From NCBI RefSeq assembly GCF_001194135.2, contig NC_068995.1, positions 33,669,510-33,718,162 of the forward strand: a DNA stretch of 48,653 nt, written 5' to 3'. This stretch comes from Octopus bimaculoides (taxonomy: Eukaryota). The translations under genes were made by a program, and so were the position numbers. The notes under the pieces were generated by a model. It did no database searches. It was not told the DNA's origin and was given only the letters and a program-made list of their open reading frames with translations. Positions within the stretch are counted from its first letter, which is position 1. Every line of letters starts with the position of its first letter. Positions 23,629-36,750 of the stretch are shown piece after piece.

Positions 23629-24059
23629 CTGTAAGGATAAGAAAAGACAGGTGTAATCACAACAAATACATTTTATCAATTTTCTTGTAAAAATTAGTTA
23701 TTCCATTTTCAGCTACAACGCCACAAGATTCTGGGCAACATTTACATTTAGTCATTATTATTTTTAGGAAATACAATTCAAGTTCAAATCCTGCCGAAGA
23801 TAATTTTCATCCTTCTGGGGAATCAATAAAATAAACACAAGTCAAAAACTAAGGTAGATTCACTTGATCTTATTGTGCAATTCTCTCTATACATTAGAAA
23901 TCATTCTTCTTATTATTATCATTATTATTATTATTCTTTGTGTCTGGATCTGGTGGCCGCATGTTCAGAGTTCTGTAAGTTTTGCTTAAGGTTTGTCGTT
24001 TCATTGTTTGGATTTCTAAATTTTATTGAACTTTTGATGATATAATCCAGCTCACTGCA

Positions 24060-27000
24060 AGAGAGGTTAGCTGGGGGTGGCGAGAATTTGCTCTTTAAGG
24101 GAAAAATTTTGAGTTTTAAAATCAAAATAGTTAATATGGTTGAGAGGGTGAGCAAGAACAACAACAACAAAAGTATAAAGAAGGGAACAGAGGAAAACAG
24201 CAGCACCACTACCACGACTACCATCACAAAAGCCAACCAAAGCAACAACAACAACAACAATGAACAAGAAAATAATGAAAAAAGAATTTCTTCATGTATA
24301 ACACCTGCAAATTTAACCACCAGCTCCAACACTACCATTGCTACCACCGTGTTGAAGAATAGAAATGTTGGAGTTGTCAGAAGAGAACACAAGAGGTGGG
24401 GTTGACTAAAGATAAAATGCATCTAACCAGGACTAGCAGAACAGTCCACCTTAACACACCAGGGGAGGTACAAGAGAAAACAAGAAGAAAAACCATCATA
24501 TACAGATGTATATCTGTCAAGGCAAGAAGACTTGAGAGAGCAATGCAGGCCCAGGTCAAAAAATGCCTGAGACCAGTAGAGAATTTAAAATCCTATGTCA
24601 CCTGTGACAAAAGCTCTGGCACAGTAAAAGTAAGGTTCTCACTTGAAGAACTGGCCAAAGAAAATGCCATAACAACCTTAAAAAGTGAGGAATTATACAT
24701 GATTCCTACATACCTCAGTTGGAGAATTGTCAAAGTGAAGGTAGTAGCGGTACTGCCAGAAGTGGACATCTCTTTGCTAGCAGCAGCCATGTTATACAAC
24801 ATAGAGGACAGAGTAAATATTCTATAAGTTCATAAAATTAAGAAAGAAAATTGGTTCGGCACAGGAATGGAACTCTTGTATGCTGATTTCACAACTGCAC
24901 AAGAGATTCCAGATTTAATTAAATTCCTTGGACAATCAAAATTATTTGTAGCAGTAGAGGGAGGAAAGCCAAGATGCCACATTTTTGGCGAAACAAACCA
25001 TTTAAAGACTTTCTAGCCCAGGCAAAACAAAGAAAAAAAAACTGTGCTGTTGCAGACACCTCCAACACAACAACAACAATGCCAGCAGATGCAGGTGACC
25101 ACTAGAGTTGCAAAGACAACAGTAACATCAATCATAGTAGCACCGACAGCGCCAAGAACAACAGTGGAAGCAACAGCAGCAAACAGAACAAAGAGCTCAC
25201 CAACATCTATGGCTTCCACACACCAGACAGCAGCAAAAACAACAGCAGCAGAATCCACCAAAACAAAAGCTTTATGAATAGAACAACAGCAAAAGGCCCA
25301 TGAGATTTGTCTCTCCCTTGTTCCGAGCACCCAGAAATGTCCTGTGTGGAGGAGGATGACAAAGAGCCTAAATGGCATAAAGTCACCATGTCAAACAAAA
25401 GAAAAAGAAACAGAAACAAAAATACACTAACACCAACACAAGACTTTGGCACACACAATCACACTGAGACACCCTTGAACAAATACCTCCCCCAACAGTA
25501 GCCACACCAGTACTGCCAACAACGTCATTCCCCATCACTACTATCACCACCCATCACAAGCACAACCCAACTCACACACACAACTCTCAGAATGCAGATC
25601 CCAACACCCGCAACACTCAATCATCAACTACACGGCAATAAACACAAACAAAAAAGAACTAATGGCACACATATATAACTGTACACACATCACAAACACT
25701 GATTTTATCACACCAACAAACATACTGATACACATAAAAACAAAATATCTGGAAGGAGTTTGGGCTTGTAGGAAAGATGCCAACAAAAGACTATACAAAG
25801 AACTGCTTGTGGAAACATCAACAAATAATTATGGGTACAAAACAACCATCCCCACTTCACTAACAAAATCACCATAAGTGGCTTTTTCTGCTTCTATAGC
25901 TTAATCTAACATGGCCTCACTTATGATAGGCAGTATAAATGGGAGTGGCCTGGAGTCACCTTGGAAACAGGGCCGTCTTCTCAACGACCTCAGGTCACTA
26001 AGTGTCGATGTGGTGGCCATCAGTGAAACCAAATTTTCCGACCAAAAAGCATTCATGCCCATTTTCAGTGGATACGAGATCTATTTATCTCCATGTAAAC
26101 CAGGAATGGGAGGTGGAACTGCAGTGTTGTTCTTGAGAGGTCTGGACCTCAACATAAGGACTATTTTCCTGAACCTGGAAGGTGAGCTGGTGGTTCTCGA
26201 CATAGTACTTCCTTTTCTCCATACATGTTGCAATATTTCGGCTCTTTAATGCTTGATGCAATATTCAACCTCATGCATTCAGTCCATTGAGAGTGTCCCC
26301 TCTCATTTTTAGAGTCACTACTATGGAAATTGGAGGCATTGAGACAGATCCCATGCGAAGTAGGACATGGGAGAACCATGTTGGCAATGTAGTTAACATT
26401 ACCGTCATTGTGTTGAACAGCAGGCACATAGGCTTGGTTGGCACTGCTCTAAAAGAACATGAGGCAGTGACAGGAGTAAAAATTAATCAAGGAAAGTCAG
26501 TGGACCTGCAGCTTGGCACCTGGAGAGGCAGGTCCATGTCATCCAATAATGTTGTGGTATGCTGGATAGAGGGACCGGTTAATATGCTCGGGTTCTGGTT
26601 TGGTCCAGATCTCCAGGTGGAGAAGAACTGAAACAAGGCGATGAGGAGAGTGGCCAATCTCACCCAAAAATGGGCCAAGAGAAAGCTATCCCTGAAAGGT
26701 CAGGCAGAGGCAGTGAATGCACACATCACCTCTGTCATATACTATCACCTAACCATCATGTCCTACCCCAGTTCATATCTGACCAAACTGGAGCACATAC
26801 TCATCTGATTTCTGTGGAAAGACACATTCCACTGATCAGGCACTCCATTTGCTGTCAACACCTGCTGAATGGAGGGCTGGGCACGCTGTGGCTGCTGATG
26901 CATAGACATGCACTAAGGCTGTGACATCTCCAGTGTTTCCTGAATGGTAGCAGGTGTGGTCGCCATTTGTCAGACATGATGTCCCACAGCTTGTCTCTTG

Positions 27001-27860
27001 CCTGAGCTGCAGTCTGGATCAAGCATAGACTGAGGCAGAGTGCCTGGCACCTAGGATGTCATCAGGTGCTTATAGCTCTCTGCTAGACAGACAATGTGGT
27101 CAGTGGAAGTTCCACTCAAGTTTTTTATAGAGGGTTATTGGCAGGTAAGTGCAATGACATTCTTGAGGAAACTCTGAGTATTGATAAGAATGAGTTGGCC
27201 GGTCTGTTTCAGAGGACTTTCAGGCTGGGGGCCTATGGATAACTTTCAAAAATTCCTGGCCAAGCAGTGCTACTGGGGGATGCTTTGCTGGTTTGGGATA
27301 AACTCTACAGGCATGGAAGTGCCATCAGCCAGGCTTGCAAAAGATGCATGCAATGCAGCAAACATGTCTTGCAAGCCCTCGTGCTGTGTCCAAACACCTG
27401 CTGTCACATGTAGGACAGACCCAGCTATTGATTGAGTCCATTGTGAAGACTGTCCTGCTATCTTCCTTTTGCAGGGAAGAGCAGGCAGTGTTTCTTTGTC
27501 TGGTGGCCTTAGCAAAAGAGGTTGTGTGGTGGACCTGATTGAAAGGGTTTGAAGTGAGACACTTTCTTCTTCAGCCAATCCCTCATCAACTTTTTCAAGT
27601 TCCACTTGAAATGGAATGTGAGGGTAGAAAGGAAAGTACTACCTTCCAGCAATTTTGTCAGAAGGTGGGTGGATGTAACGCAAATGGCCCAAGTGAATGG
27701 GCCTACTCTAAGCATGTGCCTGCAGATCAAGGGTAGATGAAGAGGAGAGGGCACTTGCCCTAGAGGTCAGGGTGATCATGGTTTTTGTGAGATTTCTGCA
27801 AGCAGCCCTTGGACTTCTCCCTTTTTTGAGGATTTTTAGTTGTTAAAATTTTGTGTTTTA
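24060..27860 (+). mobile_element. Second Tx1/L1-clade LINE, degenerate, with internal deletions
   Basis: ORF1 remnants (24396-25500, GGKPRCH). ORF2 MASLMIGSINGSGL...AISETK (25911) jumps at about 26205 into mid/late RT (VKINQGKS...GPVNMLGFWFGPDL), post-RT and C-terminal regions homologous to 2265-3156. Confidence 0.85.
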
Positions 27861-28674
27861 CTTTATTTAAACGTTTTGACTCACCCCATCCCCTGAAATT
27901 GCTGGCCTTGTGCCAGAATTTAGAGTCATCATCATCATCATGATTATTATTATTATTAAGGAAGAGCAGCAATTCACCAAATGGATAGAGTGTCTTGCAG
28001 TATTTACCTCCCTCTATATCTTCAATTCAAACCCCACTGAGATCAACTTTTCCTTTCATTATTAACTCCTCTATAAAATTTGTGGCCACAAAAACTAATG
28101 TAAAAAAATTAATTAGTTTTATTCTTATTCTAGTTGGGCAACACCTTCCCCCTAAATTGTAGCTTTTGTGTCAATACTAGAAATCATTATGACTATTATT
28201 TCTAGTAGTATCTTGCAGGTAGTCGCAACAAGTGTCTTCAAAGAAGTCCTATCTGCTATTTTTTACAGTAGGCCACTAAATGTTTGCTGAAGGAAGTTCA
28301 ATCTAGTATCAAGTACTATCTGTATTATTTTGAGACAGGAAATAGCAACAGGTCTCATTGATGGCACTCGAACTTTGAGCCTACTGATTGCTAAGTAAAA
28401 ATATTACTGCTTATACTACAGACTGTGTCATTTCACCTCATTATGTTCAACATTAAACAAAATAACCTATCCTGTTATCACTAAGTAAGTGACAGATTAC
28501 CTTGAAGAGTATCTAATTTGAGACAATAAACTGGATAGTACATTGTAGTACAATCAACAATACAATCACTCAGAAAGCAATAAATATGTAGTCGACAGCC
28601 TGTCACTCCATAATGTATATGTTTATAATCACGTACAATATTGATAAGCTTTGACACCAGTTCCAAATATTCAT

Positions 28675-28865
28675 CATCACCATCATCATCGTTTAACATC
28701 CACTTTCCATGCTAGCATGGATTGGACAATTTGACTGATGACTGGCGAACCAGATGGCTGCACCAAGCTCCAATCTGATCTGGCAGAGTTTCTACAGCTG
28801 GATGCCCTTCCTAATGCCAACCACTCTGAGAGTGTAGTGGGTGCTTTTACGTGCCACTGGCATGA
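28675..28865 (-). mobile_element. RTE 3'-UTR/tail repeat
   Basis: Same family as 20118-20320. Confidence 0.75.
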
Positions 28866-29941
28866 TATACAATTAGATAAATAAGAAAATCTTTTTATTT
28901 TCATCAATTATTAGCACTGAATTTCCACTAATATCATGTAATAACATTTTTATTTATTTATTTTGCCTTTCATCAGTAAGTATTATTTCCTATTTGCTTC
29001 TATCTAGAAATCAAAGGAAATGATTACCATTCACTTCAAACTTTGTTGTTGTAACCTGGACATCAATGTTTTGAAACTGACCTATTTTCCATTATGTTTC
29101 AGACAGATTCAGCACTGAGTTGCTGAAGAAGAAATATTATAGCAATTATTCTGCTCAATACCACAGATCTGCTTGTCAGTTATTTGATCTTAACCACTTG
29201 AGCATGTCCCTTAGTGCAGTAATAGTGGAGGAGCATCATAACCATGAGTTGAGAGGGATTCTTTGAGGTTTGAATAGATATAACAAAAGCAAAGTTTGAA
29301 AGAATATATTAGCTATTGTTCATACTTTCTAGAGGTAAGCAAATAGGAAATAACAGGACAAAAATCATGCTACATAGTGTAATCAAAAAATCCAATCAAC
29401 ACAAATATGAACGTATGGAGTCTATCGTTTCTCAGCCAATGAGCATAGCTACCTTTCACATATTTGTACAGTTTTTTCAGTCCTTTCGGCCATAATAAAT
29501 AGTCTGGATTTCTCTGGTTCAGCTAGCTCCTTATCAAGTAAAGTTGCTCAGCAGAAAGGACAATTCTCTCTTACTCTCCTTCTCATATACATATGTTTAA
29601 GAATCATGTCTGTACTTGCACAACTGGAACTCAGTAACACATATACCTTCTCACATCTGATCTAGACACATGAACATTAAGACACACAAACATTATTATG
29701 TAACTTCTAATGTTTGCTTTTCCACTCAACTGGACTTTCTTTTTCTTTTCATGTTTTCTATCAACCCATCATAGTCAACTATACTAAATCAACAGAATAT
29801 AAACTAAACTAATTATAAACACATAACCTATCTCTTATTACATTTATCCATACCAAAATCAAAAAAAAATATTCTACAAATATCATCTGTTGAAAAAACA
29901 TGACTCTAGTCTATTTTTCCCTCTCAAGTTTGTGGAAATTT

Positions 29942-30652
29942 TGATGTCCTTCTTGGTAAATTTCCTCATACTAATATTATAGCAGAGTCAAAAAATTCCT
30001 AATAAAATGTTTTAGAGCTCGTATGCAAATGATCCCGTGTTTGCTATCAGCGAAAGAATCCAAATACTGAGGAATCGCAATTATACCTATAAACATTATT
30101 CTAATTCAATTCCCTTGTAGATCTAATTTTATAGATCTTTTAATTCTACAATCTAACTTCCCAAAACATTCTAAAAGGAGATATAGAGCCCATCTGAATT
30201 GCTTTTCAAACTCTGAGTATAAGAATTCTACTATCTTAGCAGCATACATAAATAAACTTAGGGATAGTAACTTGCCTTATGACCTGACATAGTCAATAAT
30301 TGTGAGGGCTCCTTGATATGGTAATGGTTCTGATAGGTGTACATTGTGTGTAAGGGAATCATGTCTAATCCTTAAATTATATAACGTTAAAATGTTAAAT
30401 AAGTTTTCAGATGTGATCCCCTCCTGTAGCCATAAATTTCACTCTAGATTTCTAAAAATCTATAAAATTAGATCTACAAGGGAATTGAATTAGAATAATG
30501 TTTATAGGTATAATTGTGATTCCCTAGTATTTGGATTCTTCTGCTCATAGCAAACATGTGATCATTTGCATACGAGCTGTAAAACATTTTATTAGGAATT
30601 TTTTGACTCTGCTAAATTATTAGTATGATGAAATTTACCAAGGAGGACATCA
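29942..30652. mobile_element. Foldback/MITE with about 195-bp terminal inverted repeats
   Basis: 29942-30136 is the near-exact reverse complement of 30458-30652 (TGATGTCCTTCTTGGTAAATTTC... / ...GAAATTTACCAAGGAGGACATCA). No TSD or ORF. Confidence 0.9.
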
Positions 30653-31216
30653 TCCTGATGATGGAGACACTGCTTATATGGAGTATTTAATTTTTAACCA
30701 TGATCAGTAATGTACCCCTGAAATGACTGTAGATGGAACACCTTCCTATTTTTGGAAACTATTTTATGTTTTTCTTAACCTTGATATCTATCTTATATTC
30801 TATATGTATAAGTGATTTTTAGACGATTTAGGCGGTTCACCATTTTAAACGTTGACATTTTTATTCCCATATTTATCAACCTCTCATTCGTTTTGCACCT
30901 CCTATATTTATCACGCATAACTCCTTACATGTAAAGTTTATTTAGATGTATTTTTATATTTCTTCTATATTTTTATGTATGTTTGGTTTCATTCTTTATA
31001 CCCTTGGTGAATCTTTACGCCTGTACATGTATGATTTATGTTGGTGTATATAAATATATATGATTCAACTACTTTGATTAAATATTTTCATTTATGCGTT
31101 TGGGAATCTGTTTCACTGCCTAGGATTTGCGTTTTCAATTTTCTCTACTCTGTATTTTTGCATTGGTTCTCTATGAGCACTCCATCAATAGCCCATACAT
31201 TTTAAAACACAATATC

Positions 31217-31229
<13 letters not shown>

Positions 31230-31248
<19 letters not shown>

Positions 31249-31440
31249 ATTTGTCTCCCCCACCATTGTTTGACAATTGATGTTGGTGTGTTTGCATCCC
31301 TGTAACTTAGCTGTTCTTTAGAAGAGATTGATAGAATAAGCACCAGGCTTACAGGCAATAAGTTCAGGGGTTGATTTCTTCGACTAAAGGGCAGTGCTCC
31401 AGCATGGCCGCTGTCAAATGACTAAAAGAATAAAAGAATA
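31230..31440 (+). mobile_element. SINE family 2, 3' half
   Basis: TTTGTCTCCCC...GATAGAATAAG..CCAGGCTTAC...GTGCTCCAGCATGGCCG..GTCAAATGACT. Confidence 0.75.
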
Positions 31441-31704
31441 CCAGAAGAATGTTCTGTACCACTAAACCAGAAAGGTTCTTTGAATGTGTATGATGTATTT
31501 TAAGGCCAGATAGTAATTCTGATTATGTTTGTGTAACTGAGATATTTTGGTTGGATTATATAGTTATCAGTTTTACACTTCCTTCTATATTCTGTAAGTG
31601 TCACAACAAAGAAACATATCTCATGGCACCAGCACACAATTTACAGATGCTTCTATTTTTTATATTTTCCGTGAAGTTTTCACAGGTCTAGCTAGTTATT
31701 ATCA

Positions 31705-31890
31705 AGACAGCAAGCTAGTAGAATCATTAGCATTCTATTCATCTTTACATTCTGAGTGCAAATTCCACCAGGGTCAGCTTTGTCTTTCATCCTTTCAGGG
31801 TCGAAGAAATAAGAACCAATTGAACACAGGTCGATGTAATCGACTAGCCCCCTCCCCAAAATTTCAGGCTTTATGTCTTTAGTAGAAAGA

Positions 31891-31931
<41 letters not shown>

Positions 31932-33015
31932 GTTGGTGAGATGGCAAAATCATTAGCACGCCAAGAAAAATGCTTTGCAGTATTTTGTCCATCTTTACAT
32001 TCTGCCAAGGTTGACTTTGCCTGTCATCCTTTCAGGATCAATAAAATAAGTACCAGTTGAGCACTGGGGTCAACATAATCAACTTAACCCCTACCTCAAA
32101 ACTGCTGGCCTTGTTCCAAAATTTGAAATTGTCATTGTCATCAAAATACTTAGCATTTTGGGCCCATAACATCCTGAGTTCAAATTCTGTAGAGGTTAAC
32201 TTTGCCTTTTGTCCTTTCAGGTTTGATAAAACAAGTACCAATCAGACACTGGGATCTATAGAATCAACTTTCCTTCTCCAAGTAAAATTGCTGGCCTTGT
32301 ACCAAAATTAGAAAAAATTATACAAAAGGCAGCAACTTGGCAGAATCATAAGTATGTTGGACAAAATACTCAATGGCATTTCTTCCAACTCTTTATATTC
32401 TGAATTAAAATTCTGTCAAGATCAACTCTGCCTTTCATCAATGAGCACTTGGGGTTAGTGTAATTGTCTTCCCCTCCCCTCGAAATTACAGGCCTTGTCC
32501 AACATTAGAAAGATTATTGTTGTTGTTGTTGTTGTTATTCTTACAACTGTTGTCAAGTATAGTAAACAGCAGAGCTTTTCTTCACATCCTGATAACAAAT
32601 GCAAGCAACTTTGCTTGTTTAGGACTCATGAAGATCAATTTTACCTTTCATTCTTCTAGGGGGTCTTTAAAATAAGTACAAGTACTGGAGTTAAATCTCT
32701 TATAGCCCTTTTCCAAACAGTGCGGTACTAAACCCAAGTTAGAAATGACGTCACCACTGCCACCACCACCACCACCGCTACCTTTATATATTTTTTTATA
32801 AAGGCAGCGAGCTGGCAGAATCATTAGCATGCCAAACGAAATGCTTAGCGACATTTCATCCATCTTTACATTTTGAGCTCAAATTCTGCCAAGGCTGACT
32901 TTGCCTTTCATCCTTTCGGGGTCAATAAAATAAGTACCAATTGAGCAATGGTGTCGCTGTAATTGACTTGCCCTCTGCCCCAAAATTACTGGCCTTGTGC
33001 CAAAATTTGAAACCA
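31705..33015 (+). mobile_element. Cluster of five co-oriented SINE family 1 copies
   Basis: Copies at about 31705, 31930, 32145, 32327 and 32800, mostly separated by ATT/GTT/CCA microsatellites. Confidence 0.8.
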
Positions 33016-33094
33016 TTAATATTCTTTTATTGTGAAAAATCTCAGCTTCATTTTGCTGGGTATGATGGAAAAGTGTCAGTTGTCCACAGCCAGC

Positions 33095-33530
33095 AGACTA
33101 AGGTGACACTTGTTAACTAATCATGCCTTAAGAACTGTGTGGAGTACCTTTGCAGTTCCAAGCAATGATGATTTTTGTAGTTGTCCTATCTGTATATTTG
33201 TTCCAATATTTTTGAGCCAAGTTGGTAGTTGGTTACTGATATTTCCAAGTGCGCTAATTATTATCAGTCTCACATCTACTTTCTTCATTGTCTACAAACT
33301 GTATATTTCCCACTTCAATTCATCATAGTTGTTCACTTTTCCTTCTTCTTTCTCTTCAATCTTGTTGTCACCAGGACATATTATGTCAATTATCAGGCAA
33401 GTTTCTTTTCTGTTCACTATAGCAATGTCAGGTTTTCAGTGTTTAATCTGATGGTCACACTGAATCACTACATCCCATAGGATTCTGCAATCCTCATTCT
33501 CAGTAACACCATCTGGGATTTGGTCATACC
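33095..33530 (-). mobile_element. R4/Dong-like LINE 3' end (restriction-like endonuclease)
   Basis: KPDIAIVNRKETCLIIDIICPGD...K.NNYDELK...ALG...LQKSSLLGTAKVL. Confidence 0.75.
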
Positions 33531-33665
33531 ATGTCTTTGATCTTTCTAGGTAATAATTTCCAAAAAGCTACCAATGCCACATTGTCATGTCGCCTTTTGT
33601 AATTAATGCTGTGGTCATGGAGTGTTACTACCTGAGCAGCCTGGTAGATGAAAATGATGCTGAAA

Positions 33666-33717
<52 letters not shown>

Positions 33718-33724
33718 TATTATT

Positions 33725-33950
33725 AAGGCAGTAAGCCAGCAAAATCATTAGCACACTGGGCAAAATGCTTAGCAGCATTTCGTTCATCCTGACAGTCCGA
33801 GTTCAAATTCTACAGAAATCGACTTTGCCTTTCATCCTTTCAGGGGAGGGGGCGGGTCAATGAAATAAATACCAGTTGAGCACTGGAGTCGATGTAATCC
33901 ACTAGTCTCCTCCCACCAAATTTCAGGCCTTGTGCCTTTAGTAGAAAGGA
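33725..33950 (+). mobile_element. SINE family 1
   Basis: Full head and core after a long (ATT)n tract. Confidence 0.8.
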
Positions 33951-34214
33951 TTATTATTATCATTGTTGTTGTTATTAGTATTATCATTATGAGTAGCATT
34001 TTGGTAAGCCAAGCCTATCAGGATGCAAACCACAGCTTCATGTCCAGAAAATTCACCAATTCAGTTTCTATTTGATTTTTGCATAATTGCAGAGGGGAAG
34101 TGATCTACTAACTACTGGTGAGTTCCTTTTTGCGTAAATTCCCCAATTACTTGGGAGGAAAGTTTTATGACATAAATTGTGCATCAATTAATAAAGTTAG
34201 TTTTCCTTTCAATA

Positions 34215-34568
34215 GGTGCAGGAGTGGCTGTGTGGTAAGTAGCTTGCTTACCAACCACATGGTCCTGGGTTCAGTCCCACTGCGTGGCACCTTGGGCAAG
34301 TGTCTTCTACTATAGCCTTGGGCCGACCAAAGCCTTGTGAGTGGATTTGGTAGACGGAAACTGAAAGAAGCCCGTCGTATATATGTATANNNNNNNNNNA
34401 CAACCGATGCTGGTGTGTTTACGTCCCCATAACTTAGCGGTTCAGCAAAAGAGACCGATAGAATAAGTACTAGGCTTACAAAGAATAAGTCCTGGGGTCG
34501 AATTGCTTGACTAAAGGCGGTGCTCCAGCATGGCCGCAGTCAAAGGACTGAAACAAGTAAAAGAGTAA
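34215..34568 (+). mobile_element. tRNA-derived SINE family 2 (contains a 10-N gap at 34390-34399)
   Basis: GGTGCAGGAGTGGCTGTGTGGTAAG...GGGTTCAGTCCC head with A/B boxes; tail GTAAAAGAGTAA. Confidence 0.88.
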
Positions 34569-35135
34569 TTTTTCACCACATTTTCTATAATAATTATCAA
34601 GGGGAGAAGGTTCATCAATGAGAGAAAGGGAGAGATGGAAGAGAGTAACACTGATGCTGTGAAGGAAGTGGAGAGAGAGCAACATTAGGCAATGTTGCTG
34701 TTGAAGCATGCAAATCTGTGTTGTCTGACAGCAAACAAGACGACAGGATGAGCAATACAATGAACAGGAAATAAGATACAACAGGTGCAAAAAAACATGT
34801 CAAGGCAAAGGAGAAAAACAATTCTAAAAGAGGTTCCCCCACAAGTTAAAAGCCAAAAAAAATCAAGATGGGGAAAACCATCCAGCCCCAACAACACCAA
34901 CACAATCACAAAAACTGCAACAACAATAGCAAAACAATAACCACAACCACAATTACAAAAGAAAGTATTTAAACAAAAACAAACCCATGACGAACAACAA
35001 CAACAACAATACATAGAGCTAAGTACACAAACCAGATCCCTCAGCAACTTCACAGTTGTTCAAAAGAGCAACAGTGATTTGATGCAGGAGGTATTAGAAA
35101 ACAAAAATATTGTCACAAAAGAAGACAGTTTAGAT

Positions 35136-35759
35136 CAGTATTTCTCAACTATTTTTTACCTAAAGACCCTTTGATTCTAGTTTTAGTCAGATGTATCCTT
35201 CTAGCGATTCAAAGTTTAAAAAAATCCCATTATATTTTTATATTATTAGGAACTGTTTTACTGTTTTACTTATTTCAGTCATTTGACTGTAGCCATGCTG
35301 GAGCACCGCCTTTTTAGTCGAGCTAATCGACCCCAGGACTTATTCTTTGTAAGCCTAGTGCTTATTCTATCGGTCTCTTTTGCCGAACCGCTAAGTGACG
35401 GGGACTTAAACACACCAGCATCGGTTGTCAAGCGATGTTGTGGGGACAAACACAAACACATATACATATATGACGGGCTTCTTTCAGTTTCCGTCTACCA
35501 AATCCACTCACAAGGCTTTGGTCGGCCCAAGGCTATAGTAGAAGACACTCGCCCAAGGTGCCACGCAGTGGGACTGAACCCGGAACCATGTGGTTGGTAA
35601 GCGAGCTACTTAGCACACAGCCACTAAAAATTATTAAAGTTATTTTGTGTATTGTAGAAGTATAACCAATTTATTGCTGATTAAAATTTTAACAACAAAA
35701 TCTTATATGGACCTCCCCCCACCACCAAGGGCCATATGAACCCTGGTTGAGAACCACTG
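35136..35759. mobile_element. hAT (Charlie-like) MITE with a nested SINE
   Basis: TIRs CAGTATTTCTCAAC / GTTGAGAACCACTG; 8-bp TSD-like flanks GTTTAGAT / CTTTAAAT (6 of 8 match). Confidence 0.7.
35253..35625 (-). mobile_element. SINE family 2, inverted relative to 34215-34568
   Basis: Reverse complement closely matches the 34215 copy. Confidence 0.88.
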
Positions 35760-35939
35760 CTTTAAATGAGCACCTGTCAAAAACACCCAAAACTGAATAT
35801 TAATTCAAATAAATGTAAACACTTATTTCAAACTTTTGACATAGATCCTGGTCTTGTGTGTAGGAGGGAGGGGAACTGAATGTGTGTAAATTTGTTTCCT
35901 TGTCTTGACATCATGCGATTGTTGTAAATGAATAAAGCC

Positions 35940-36165
35940 AGAGAAATGAACCTTAGGAAGGCCTTTCAATAATTCTTCCTACACCAATAAGGAGACTGAA
36001 TCAAATGACCTTGAAGACCAAGGTTACAGACTTTCCATTTTGTTGGGGTTTTTTTTTTTTTGTCTTCAACAAACATGGCAGTTCTCAGAGTTGGGCGTAT
36101 AAATGTACGTGGTCTGGGTACAACTTAAAAGGAAGCAACACAATTTGCTCCACAATAACAGGTTG
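35940..36165 (+). mobile_element. Tx1-like ORF2 start fragment
   Basis: ATG at 36075: MAVLRVGRINVRGLGTT*, homologous to the other two Tx1 ORF2 starts. Confidence 0.6.
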
Positions 36166-36374
36166 CTCGACATAGATCCTGGTTGTGTGTGTGTGTGTAG
36201 GGGGCGGGGTTGAATGTGTGTAAATTTGTGTTTCTTTGCCTTGACATCATGTGATTGTTGTAAATGAATGTAATTCATTTCAATATTCTGTGAAAACGTG
36301 TCTAGCCATGGGAAAATATAACATTGCTTGACAGGAGAGCAAAGTGAATAGTAGAAGGAGTTTAGAGTAAACTG

Positions 36375-36750
36375 AGGTACAAGTGTGGCTGTGTAGTTAG
36401 ACATTTGCTTTCCAATCACATGATTTTAGGTTCAGTCTCATTACCTGGCACCTCGGGTAAATGTCTTCTACCATAGCCTTGGGCTGACCAAAGCCTTGTT
36501 AGTGGATTTGGTAAATGGAAACTGAAAGAAGCTCATTGTCTATATCTATGTGCATGTGTTTCTGCATCTATGTTTGTCCCCCACCACTACTTGACAACTG
36601 GTGTTAGTGTGGTTATATCCCCATAACTTAGCAGTTAGGCAAAAGAGACTGATAGAATAAGTACCAGGCTTAAAAACTAGGGTTGATTTTTACAACTAAA
36701 ATTCAAGGCAATGCCCCAGCATAGCCACAGTCTAATAATTGAAACAAGTA
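36375..36750 (+). mobile_element. SINE family 2, diverged
   Basis: Same head, core and tail as 34215-34568. Confidence 0.8.

Noticed and set aside
24088-25501. Asn/Thr/Gln-rich ORFs as a host gene
   Set aside because: They are low-complexity flanks of the degenerate Tx1 ORF1, broken by stops.
28501-28512. 12-nt phase 1-1 microexon candidate (ag|ATACTCTTCAAG|gtaatc)
   Set aside because: Weak polypyrimidine tract; such short matches arise by chance in a 15-kb intron. Worth checking only if RNA-seq is at hand.
28735-28757. Hammerhead-like CTGATGA-CTGG-CGAA-CCAG
   Set aside because: The stem is followed by ATGG, not the required GAAA core, and it sits inside a common RTE-tail repeat.
34215-34285. 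tRNA-like sequences as tRNA genes (also near 37990-38060)
   Set aside because: They are SINE heads continuing into SINE bodies and tails, without a complete cloverleaf.
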